Shown here: one piece after another, positions 56,560 to 64,000 of the stretch
Layout of the letters: every line of letters begins with the position of its first letter
Numbering within the stretch: position 1 is the stretch's first letter
Virus record (IMG/VR): IMGVR_UViG_3300020577_010124
Coordinates: 1 to 64,000 of that record
DNA length: 64,000 nucleotides
From: a virus
Taxonomy: Duplodnaviria > Caudoviricetes
Strand: one strand, 5' to 3'
Position numbers and translations under genes: made by a program
Notes under the pieces: generated by a model
What the model was told of the DNA's origin: nothing
Databases searched by the model: none
The model's input: the letters and a program-made list of their open reading frames with translations, nothing else

Positions 56560-56685
56560 AATATACCGCCCGTAGAAGGAGTTTAGAAAGCCCTATTGAA
56601 CAAAGAGGGAGACTTCGCATTGTTATTGAAGTTAATCTTTAAGAACAAGGCATTGGACACAGTTTAGAACGAGGAGTCAACAACA

Positions 56686-57117
56686 ATGGCGCTTTCTAGC
56701 AACGTAATTAGCGGACAAGATTATTTGAGTATTGCGACATATTACGCCAATGCGCGCGCAAGCAACCTTGGCTCTGTCGAGTACATCTATGACGCTGTGT
56801 ATAAGATTGTTCTTTCGACGCAATTCTATCCAACTATTGACTTGATCAATGAGTTTTGGACGAGCTACCAGATTAATGCAGACATTTACCGTTCCCCGTC
56901 TACATATCTAAGCGCCGTAAGAGCTATCAACAACCACGTAGTAAATCGAGCAGGATCGACTGTAGAAGATTTGAATGACTATCTAGCAGACGAATCTCTA
57001 CAAGTACCTCTTGGTTGGGCAGAACTATGCAAATCTACAGGCGTTCTCGTATGTAGAGCATATATTCAGGGACATCCTACGGCATATGGCGACGGTACGG
57101 CTACGCCAGTTTGCTAA
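56686..57117 (+). CDS. Hypothetical tail-region protein
   Basis: 143 aa, strong RBS (GAGGAG), precedes the tube gene. Confidence 0.6.
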   Translation: MALSSNVISGQDYLSIATYYANARASNLGSVEYIYDAVYKIVLSTQFYPTIDLINEFWTSYQINADIYRSPSTYLSAVRAINNHVVNRAGSTVEDLNDYLADESLQVPLGWAELCKSTGVLVCRAYIQGHPTAYGDGTATPVC

Positions 57118-57157
57118 TGTCTATTTCGCTTACTGTTTATAGGAGTTTAAGGTAATA

Positions 57158-58221
57158 TGCCTATTCCAACCGCATCAATGGGCTTTATGGGTTCCGTCCG
57201 TTTTAACGGCGGTACTATAGGCCAGGAAATTCTCGTAAGAGCCTTATCTTGCGATATTAGAGCAAAGCAAGATATTGATTATCCAGACGTTGTTGATAGT
57301 CGTATTGACAATACTCTATATCAAATTAAGCCAAGAATCGTTGAAGGCAACTGCGAACTCCCCCTCGTTCATGAAGGCATCGCCACTGGAACAAGCAAGG
57401 CTTGCAACCCAGCAAATAATCTAGCTAAGAGACTTTGGGAAATTGCGGCAAAGAGAGATCAAACAGGTAGACTTGTAAATCAATTCAACGTTGACGTTCG
57501 TTATACAGACAATACAGCGTACAGATATCCAAATTGCATCATAAACTCAATGAAGGTCAGCATTACCCAATCTGACTTCGTTAAGATCAACTTCAATGTT
57601 ATGGGTGGAGCTAACGTCACCGACAGCGTTCGAGAGGCCTTGACAACTGACCGCGACCCAACTTTCCTAGCACCTGCTCGTATCGTTACATGGAATGACT
57701 TTAGAATAAACGTTTTCATTCAAGAAGCGGGAATTACCCTTCCAGGTTCATATATACGTTCCTTTGATGTTGAACTTAACAACAATGCAGATCGTTTCTA
57801 TACCTTGAACGGCAAACTAGTTCCACAGGATATTACTGCTCGTAAGAGAACCATATCGGGCAACCTTGCTCTTATGGGTTTCTCTGCTAAGCAGTTCCAC
57901 GATTTCATTTATAACAATCAGTCCCGCTATACTTCTCAATCTAAGATTGCATTTGGTTATACGCTTGGAAGCGCTACCATCCCATATTGGGCTACGGCGC
58001 TTTGGGGCGTTATCTTCCAAATCGAGGAAGTCCAAATTGGTAACGATATAATCGAAACCAGAATACCATTTAGAGCGCTTGGAGACTGCGAGAACGATTA
58101 CGAAGCAATCTCACTCGGAGCGGACAACCAGAGCGTAGATACTGCCCCAACCAACGGTTCGTTTGGCGGTCCTACTGCTCCAACTTACTTCCGCCCACTT
58201 ACATCTTTCAATCCGCTATAA
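57158..58221 (+). CDS. Tail tube protein (two-domain type)
   Basis: Two similar halves (SCDIRAKQ..RIVEGN / SFDVELNNN..RKRTISGN); upstream of chaperones and tape measure; followed by a hairpin. Confidence 0.75.
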
Positions 58222-58265
58222 TCTAAGCGGACAATAATCAAAAAGACGATATGTACATAGAGCAT

Positions 58266-58301
58266 AGCCATCGCCAGCGCGGTGGCTTATGTTCTTGTTT
58301 T
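58266..58301 (+). terminator. Hairpin/terminator after tube gene
   Basis: agccatcgc-cagc-gcggtggct then a T-rich tract. Confidence 0.55.
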
Positions 58302-58318
58302 CCTCAAAGGAGAAGTTA

Positions 58319-58774
58319 ATGGCAAAATCATTGCTAGTAAAGGGCGACGAACTAGTAACTATTACCGTATTCTATCAGTCCAAACAGAATAAGTTTGGCA
58401 TACGGCAATTCAAAATTCTAGAAGAGCAAGCAGCCAAGGATTTGCTCGCAAAAGGATCGACCGACATAGACTCTATTACTACAAAATGGACTGTTCCAAC
58501 TTGGCATACCAACAACTATTTAGTTCGCTCTTCAACGTTTTATAGCCCCAGCGAAGGCTTAAATAAGCTTGATTTCTCTAAATATCAAGACAACCTATTC
58601 AAGACTTGTTTGAAGGAATGGGATATTGAAGACGATGAAGGCAAGATAGTTTCTCTCAATCCAGATACCATAGGATCATTGCCAACCGTAATAGCTAATG
58701 CTCTATTGGATAAGTATGATAACTGCCTCAGACTTGAGGATGATGATAAAAAAAAATCATTGACGATGCCGTAA
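58319..58774 (+). CDS. Tail assembly chaperone (gpG-like)
   Basis: RBS AAGGAG, LKEWDIED.EG..V.L..I..LP motif, ends just after an A9 run. Confidence 0.8.
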   Translation: MAKSLLVKGDELVTITVFYQSKQNKFGIRQFKILEEQAAKDLLAKGSTDIDSITTKWTVPTWHTNNYLVRSSTFYSPSEGLNKLDFSKYQDNLFKTCLKEWDIEDDEGKIVSLNPDTIGSLPTVIANALLDKYDNCLRLEDDDKKKSLTMP

Positions 58775-58992
58775 AATATTTTACTGGCAAATATGAATCA
58801 ACAGAAGGTTTTCATGAGTCAATATACGAGCATATCTTAATGTCAGAATACAAATGCTCAGTTGAATATGTAAAGCAACTCCCTATCAAAAAGTTTACTG
58901 AACATATTTTGATATGCATGACTAAGAATAAGATAAATATGAAACAAATGGAAGTATTTGCGGGCGCAGGAATGATTAGGAGCATGGTATGA
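58750..58992 (+). CDS. -1 frameshift extension of the chaperone (gpGT-like), absent from the ORF track
   Basis: -1 frame reads KKIIDDAVKYF..EYKCSVEYVKQLPIKKF..MV-stop and its stop overlaps the next ATG. Confidence 0.8.
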   Translation, partial: KKIIDDAVKYFTGKYESTEGFHESIYEHILMSEYKCSVEYVKQLPIKKFTEHILICMTKNKINMKQMEVFAGAGMIRSMV

Positions 58993-59399
58993 ATGTTTTT
59001 GTAAATAAGAATGCAGAAATAGTTGTCACGATATTTACCTACCAAGACCCTAGCGGAAAGATCTCTGCTTGGACAAAGAACCTGCCAGAAATGCAACCAA
59101 AAGAAGTCGATTCTACGCTGGTTTCAAAAAATGAGGTAGTGTTCAAAGTGCCTGGCTACAAAGAAAACTCTGAACTTTTGGATTCTGCGGTAGAGTTTGA
59201 TCAGTCAGGTAAAATGCGAATCGTTTCAAGTGCTTTGACTTTCAACAGGTTTACCAAATTGTTGAAGAGATGGGATTTCAAAGACCAGGACGGAGCTATC
59301 GTGCCTGCCAATTCTGAAAATGTGGCTTTGCTGGAAACGGTTGTAGCTCAGATTATCGCCCGAGATCTGGAAGCACAGCTTGTATCTCAAAGCGCATAA
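58989..59399 (+). CDS. Second chaperone paralog
   Basis: FKVP..LLKRWDFKDQDG.IVP..ENV..L aligns with the 58319 protein. Confidence 0.7.
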   Translation: MNVFVNKNAEIVVTIFTYQDPSGKISAWTKNLPEMQPKEVDSTLVSKNEVVFKVPGYKENSELLDSAVEFDQSGKMRIVSSALTFNRFTKLLKRWDFKDQDGAIVPANSENVALLETVVAQIIARDLEAQLVSQSA

Positions 59400-59532
59400 C
59401 GACTGGATTTGCCGTCCGTTAGGGTTTTCCGAGCGGAGCGAGACTAGTCTTTGGGTTTGATTCCGTGGGATGTAGGACTTGGCCGTTTTTTGAGCTAGAC
59501 TTTGCCAAGCCTTCCATCAAAGGAGTCAACCA

Positions 59533-60006
59533 ATGCTTGCCGAATCCATTATGCGAAGCTCGTCCATGCCAATGCCTGTCCGAAAGGCGGCTTCTACCTA
59601 CGTTTTCGCTGACATCATGCTCGACATGGCTTTCTGGGGTATGTCGCTGATTACGGCTGGAATAGCTCTTATTTACGGAAGCGCCGTAATGGGATTTGTT
59701 GAGGGGTTGTTCTGTTTCGGCTTCTATTCTCTTGGTCTTGGCATTATCTGGTTTGCCATCAATGTTCTTTCGTTGATTGGCCTCCCCAGAGTGTTTGTCA
59801 AGGGATTTGGATGTTTTATCGTTTTCTTGCTGATGACTTCGGTTTTCTCAACCGTCAAAAGCGTTGATGCATGGCACCATGCTCCTGGTAGCGTCTACTT
59901 CAAGACCGAACAGCAGAAAATTGACGATTATGATAATTGGTGTCGTTCTCAAGGTATGCATGTTTACACAATCGAAGAGATGAGAGGCGGACCCATCAAG
60001 AAGTAA
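59533..60006 (+). CDS. Multi-pass membrane protein (moron-like)
   Basis: About three hydrophobic segments, own RBS (AAGGAG), spacer upstream, terminator downstream. Confidence 0.7.
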   Translation: MLAESIMRSSSMPMPVRKAASTYVFADIMLDMAFWGMSLITAGIALIYGSAVMGFVEGLFCFGFYSLGLGIIWFAINVLSLIGLPRVFVKGFGCFIVFLLMTSVFSTVKSVDAWHHAPGSVYFKTEQQKIDDYDNWCRSQGMHVYTIEEMRGGPIKK

Positions 60007-60030
60007 GCTGACATTTCAGGTAAATCTGAA

Positions 60031-60066
60031 AAGGCCGCCCTCTGATAAAGGGTGGCCTTATTTTTT
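60031..60066 (+). terminator. Rho-independent terminator
   Basis: aaggccgccct-ctgataa-agggtggcctt-atttttt. Confidence 0.8.
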
Positions 60067-60103
60067 GGCGTAATTTAGAAAGGAACCCCTATAAGGTAAA
60101 TAC

Positions 60104-63100
60104 ATGGCTGAAGGCGTATCAAAAGACCAATTCAAGTACGTACTCGATCTTCTCGTCCAAGTCGGCGTTATCAATGCAGATCAAGCAAAAACGGCGATAA
60201 AGAACGTTGGAGATTCTGTAAAAGACACTGACCAGAAAATGGGCAAGTGGCAGGCGACCATTACAACGGTCAACTCTGCTCTTGGACAGATGGGACAGGT
60301 TGTAGGTAAGGTAGGAGCGGTCTTCGGCGCAGAAGGTTTGAGTATTGGAAATGCTGTTTCCATTCATTACAAATACAACCAGGCTATTACCACAACTTAT
60401 AACCAGATGCAGAAGTTTGGTTATACTGTTCAAAACTATGAAGGCCTCATAACAAAACTTCGTTCAAGTTATAAGGGAACATACGAACAGACTATTCAGC
60501 TAGCTGCTGCTTTTGAGAAAGGCTTTTCTTTTACTGGCCCCCAAAAGATGGCTGGTATATTGAGTTCAGTTAGAGATGTAACAGGCAACAATGTTGAGGC
60601 TATGGCTTCCTTTGTTGGAGAGTTGCAAGGTATTGCTTCGGCAAACCCTCTCTTTGAAAAACTACTCAATAACTTTGATACAGACGTTATTGCAGAGCGT
60701 AATAAGGATATCAAGTCCTTTGCTCTTGATATGGCTCTTGCTGGCAAGCTAAGCGATCAGCAGATCAAAGCCCTTCAAGTCTTTGTCAATGGACGACCAA
60801 AAGATAAAGAGTCCTCAGATCGTTTGGACGCGATGAACTCGGAAAATCTTGCTGTTCGTAAAATCCGTAACGAATGGGAAAACATAAATATGGAAGTTGG
60901 CAATAAGCTAGCTCCATATCTAGTTCAAATAGGTGATTATCTAGAAAAGCATAGCGCTCTTGTTACTGCCATTGGCGCAGGATTCATGGTAGTATCAGCA
61001 GGAGTAGGCCTTATATCAGGCGGCTTGTCTACGGCTCTTGCGATGGGTACTCGTCTTGCTGAACTTAAGAAACTTTGGCAAACTCAATCAGCGGTAGGTC
61101 AAGCTGTTTCGGCTGGCGGAAAATACGCTGGTTTTGGTCAAATGGCAGGCACTGGCCTTCGAGCAGGCGCGGGCGGGTTGGCTGCTTGGGGTGCAGGCTC
61201 TTTATATGATAACTTTGCTGGCGCAAGACATGAAGGTTATTCTGATGATAGTTATTTTGGCGGAGTTGCTAATGAGCTAGGAAGAACTGGAACACAAATA
61301 GGAGCGGGCGCTGCTGTTGGCGGTGTGCCTGGCGCAATTGCTGGCGGAGCTTTGAACTTAGCTTCTAGTATTCCTGAAGTATTCAAGAGAGAATGGGATA
61401 TTGGTAAGAATGTTGGCGGAAACTTGATGGAAGAAAGCCGCCAGCGTAGCGCCGTTAATAGAGTAGACGGAAATGGTATTAAATTTGAACTCGCCAAACA
61501 GTCTCAAAAAGTAGCAGACGCTGACCATTGGTGGGTAAGTTCCAAAACTCTTGAAACCGAGAAGCAAAAGCTTGTTGTTCTTACTGAGCAATATCATCAA
61601 AGCTCAGAGTTTGGCGAGACTCTGAAAAGAAACAAAGCTTATGAAGATCAAGTAACAACTGCTATAACTGAACAAGTAAAAAAGCAAGAGCAAGAAACAA
61701 AGACTACAAAAGATATGGCCGATTTCTTGATCCGAGTAAATCAAGAAATGAAGAGCTATAATCAACAGTTGGAAATAGCTTCGACTCTTACTAGAACATC
61801 TAACGAACTGCTTAAGGCAAGAGCTAATCTTATTGGTGCGTCTGGCGGTAGCGCTATCGGCGTTCAAGACGAAGCTTCTAAGGCAAAGGCTAGACTAGAA
61901 TCTGAAATGTCTATAAATGCTCAGATCATTCAGAGAACAAGAGCATTACAAGAAGAGGGCGAAAGCAAGTTTGGTTCTGGAAAGAATATCTCAGCAGGCG
62001 AAAGAGCAGCCGCGGAAAAAGTAAGAGAGGACGCTTTGGCTTCTCTTAGTCCAGACGACACTTCTGCTGGTGAGAAGTATAGTAAGATCATGAATGACTA
62101 CTTTAGTAAGGTTGGCTATAGCGCTGATTATACGGCTGCAAAGATCGACCAGCTTACGACGAGTCAAACCGAAAAGTATAAGAAGCTTGCTGATATAAAT
62201 ATCGAAGTCGCCGAAACGAATAAGCCTCAGATTGAAACGCAAGAGAAGATAAACTCGGCTCTTGAAGCTCAGATATCTTTGGTTGATAGCGCAGGTATGG
62301 GTTTGAAGGCTCAAGTTGGCGCTCGCAAGCAGCTAATGGATCAGATTGGTCAAGAGATAGGTTTGCTCAATGAGCAAGCTTCTTTGTTCCAGCAGGCTCT
62401 TAGAGACGCGCAGCAAAAAGAGAAGTTTGCCAAGAGCGAAGAAGAGGCCCGACAAGCAAGAGCGGAAGAAAGACAGTACGGAAACAAGCTTCTAGATTTG
62501 GACGTAAAGAGAACTCAGCTAATGCAGAAGCAAGCCGAAATCAGCAAGTCTATGAGAGAAGGATGGATTAGCGCTATCTCTGCTATGACGACGGGCGCTG
62601 GCGTATTTACAAGAATCGTTATAGACCAAAATAAGAGACTTGGTAATCTTCAGTTTGCGGCTCCTGATAGACTAGCAACTCTTCGAGGCGGCGGTATTCT
62701 AGGCGGTCGAAGCGAGTCGGCTCAATGGTCGCCTGGCGGTTTTAGAGAAGGCGCAGCAGGCGGATATGAGAAGAACGTACTAAGCAAGTATGGAATGGCT
62801 CCTGGCAATACTATACAGGATATGGCTAAGGGTGTAATGAACTATCAAACAACGGTTGGTTCTCAAATGTCACCAGCCGCTGCTACTATCAATGTTGGAC
62901 CTCAAGGAACGGCAGAAATAACAACTGCCATTACTGAAGGCTTTGCTAAGGCTGGCGAAAAGCAAAAGGAAGCTAGCCGCAGTTCGACTCAGAGTTTTAT
63001 GTTTGATAAGTCTCAAATAGACGAGATAAAGAAGTCCCTTACCGACGCTCTTGTTGCAGCAGCAAAAGAAGCAAAGGCCGCAGCTATCAAAGAAATAAAC

Positions 63101-63112
63101 TCAGGACGATAA
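60104..63112 (+). CDS. Tape measure protein
   Basis: 1002 aa, Ala/Gly/Gln-rich helical protein with a hydrophobic mid-segment and coiled coils, downstream of the chaperones. Confidence 0.8.
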   Translation: MAEGVSKDQFKYVLDLLVQVGVINADQAKTAIKNVGDSVKDTDQKMGKWQATITTVNSALGQMGQVVGKVGAVFGAEGLSIGNAVSIHYKYNQAITTTYNQMQKFGYTVQNYEGLITKLRSSYKGTYEQTIQLAAAFEKGFSFTGPQKMAGILSSVRDVTGNNVEAMASFVGELQGIASANPLFEKLLNNFDTDVIAERNKDIKSFALDMALAGKLSDQQIKALQVFVNGRPKDKESSDRLDAMNSENLAVRKIRNEWENINMEVGNKLAPYLVQIGDYLEKHSALVTAIGAGFMVVSAGVGLISGGLSTALAMGTRLAELKKLWQTQSAVGQAVSAGGKYAGFGQMAGTGLRAGAGGLAAWGAGSLYDNFAGARHEGYSDDSYFGGVANELGRTGTQIGAGAAVGGVPGAIAGGALNLASSIPEVFKREWDIGKNVGGNLMEESRQRSAVNRVDGNGIKFELAKQSQKVADADHWWVSSKTLETEKQKLVVLTEQYHQSSEFGETLKRNKAYEDQVTTAITEQVKKQEQETKTTKDMADFLIRVNQEMKSYNQQLEIASTLTRTSNELLKARANLIGASGGSAIGVQDEASKAKARLESEMSINAQIIQRTRALQEEGESKFGSGKNISAGERAAAEKVREDALASLSPDDTSAGEKYSKIMNDYFSKVGYSADYTAAKIDQLTTSQTEKYKKLADINIEVAETNKPQIETQEKINSALEAQISLVDSAGMGLKAQVGARKQLMDQIGQEIGLLNEQASLFQQALRDAQQKEKFAKSEEEARQARAEERQYGNKLLDLDVKRTQLMQKQAEISKSMREGWISAISAMTTGAGVFTRIVIDQNKRLGNLQFAAPDRLATLRGGGILGGRSESAQWSPGGFREGAAGGYEKNVLSKYGMAPGNTIQDMAKGVMNYQTTVGSQMSPAAATINVGPQGTAEITTAITEGFAKAGEKQKEASRSSTQSFMFDKSQIDEIKKSLTDALVAAAKEAKAAAIKEINSGR

Positions 63113-63113
63113 A

Positions 63114-64000
63114 ATGGCTAATATATGCTTAGGTAATTTACTTCCAAGCAGCGTTCTTGCCTACGACAATATAGATCTAATACCCAATGGATTTATACCC
63201 GAAGTCGGCGTTACGGCAAGACATGCGCCCGCCTCTCAGACAGGCCAAATTACTGAGCGCGAAAAGATAAAGCTTCTTCCCGCAGATCGTTTGTATGCTG
63301 AGTTTTGGTTTGGAGTAAGAACTAGAATAACAGGCACGAACTTGGGAGACGCAGGGCAAGGAGCTTTTGCTGCCCTTGGCTTTCTTGGAGGAGGAGCAGG
63401 CGCTGTTATTGGAAGCGCTTTGGCTTGTTCTCTTACGGGAGACGCAGAGCGAACAATATCAAAGTTTGTTTTCCATGTCTGCGATTCCGAGTCTCGTCTT
63501 AATAGAGAAATCGTTCTTACCGCAGATAATATAAAGACAAAGACAATAACTCTTCCAGATTATGTTATAGCTGTTTTGGGAGTCACGAAGGCTCCAATTG
63601 AGTTTGTTACGCCTACTACCCCTCTTTCTCAAGCGCAGATAGACCAAGCCAAGGCTATACCGCCAGACGAAATAGAGCAGAGGTTGGGTCGAAGAGTTGA
63701 TCCAGATAAACTTACAGATAGCGATATGCGGGTATTGCTCAATATACAAGAGTTGAATGAGTTGGAAAACCTAGGCAACTCGCATAGAGCCATTCGAGGA
63801 TGGGCGCATAGCGCAGACGGACAGATTCAAGCGACATTCAAAAACTTTAGCTACTCTGACGCTGGTAATCTTTTTGAGAAGATCGTAAGAGATCCTCGTA
63901 AGAATAAGTATCGAGCAGATAACGAGTTTGATAGAGATAAGGGAAACTGTTTTTGGAACGGCAGCACCGACGATCTAACAGACAAAACCATAAGCTTTGT
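63114..64000 (+). CDS. Hypothetical tail-tip region protein (3' truncated; absent from ORF track)
   Basis: ATG 63114 with AGGA RBS; frame MANICLGNLLPSS... is open to the window end. Confidence 0.7.
   Translation, partial: MANICLGNLLPSSVLAYDNIDLIPNGFIPEVGVTARHAPASQTGQITEREKIKLLPADRLYAEFWFGVRTRITGTNLGDAGQGAFAALGFLGGGAGAVIGSALACSLTGDAERTISKFVFHVCDSESRLNREIVLTADNIKTKTITLPDYVIAVLGVTKAPIEFVTPTTPLSQAQIDQAKAIPPDEIEQRLGRRVDPDKLTDSDMRVLLNIQELNELENLGNSHRAIRGWAHSADGQIQATFKNFSYSDAGNLFEKIVRDPRKNKYRADNEFDRDKGNCFWNGSTDDLTDKTISF

Noticed and set aside
56686-58221. Contractile tail sheath or contractile injection system
   Set aside because: No sheath-like gene beside the tube in this window; one elsewhere in the genome cannot be excluded.
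376-63749. Minus-strand ORFs in the track
   Set aside because: All are short, overlap convincing + strand genes and show no recognisable motifs.
1-64000. Stop-codon reassignment, as in some huge phages
   Set aside because: Long ORFs tile the window under code 11, and TAA, TGA and TAG (37468-70) all end genes at sensible boundaries.

Overview
This window is a single-strand (+) virion-morphogenesis region of a large tailed dsDNA phage (Caudoviricetes), probably a jumbo siphovirus-like phage: it has a two-domain tail tube and no sheath gene in view. Gene order: scaffold-like protein (5' truncated), decoration protein, HK97-fold major capsid protein, tRNA(CAT), glycosyltransferases and a subtilisin; three Ser/Gly/aromatic collagen-like fibre genes built on a 9-aa SGFSGYxxx repeat, each followed by small tip/lectin-like genes; a ~15 kb sugar island; then neck genes, PhoH, a LAGLIDADG endonuclease, a volactin-like actin, head-tail adaptor, tail terminator, another glycosyltransferase, tail tube, frameshifted tail assembly chaperones, a membrane-protein moron, tape measure and a 3'-truncated ORF. 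The sugar island holds a 2990-aa, ~13-domain glycosyltransferase/methyltransferase polyprotein that appears to gain a 14th domain through an A9 slippery site, a 3-gene rhamnose pathway using a eukaryote/giant-virus-type epimerase-reductase, and further GT and methyltransferase genes. The main candidate novel system is a phage-encoded virion 'glycocalyx': Ser-rich collagen-like fibres (one ending in a BclA/C1q-like domain) interleaved with their own nucleotide-sugar synthesis and a glycan assembly-line enzyme. Family assignments come from motif recognition by eye, not from database searches.
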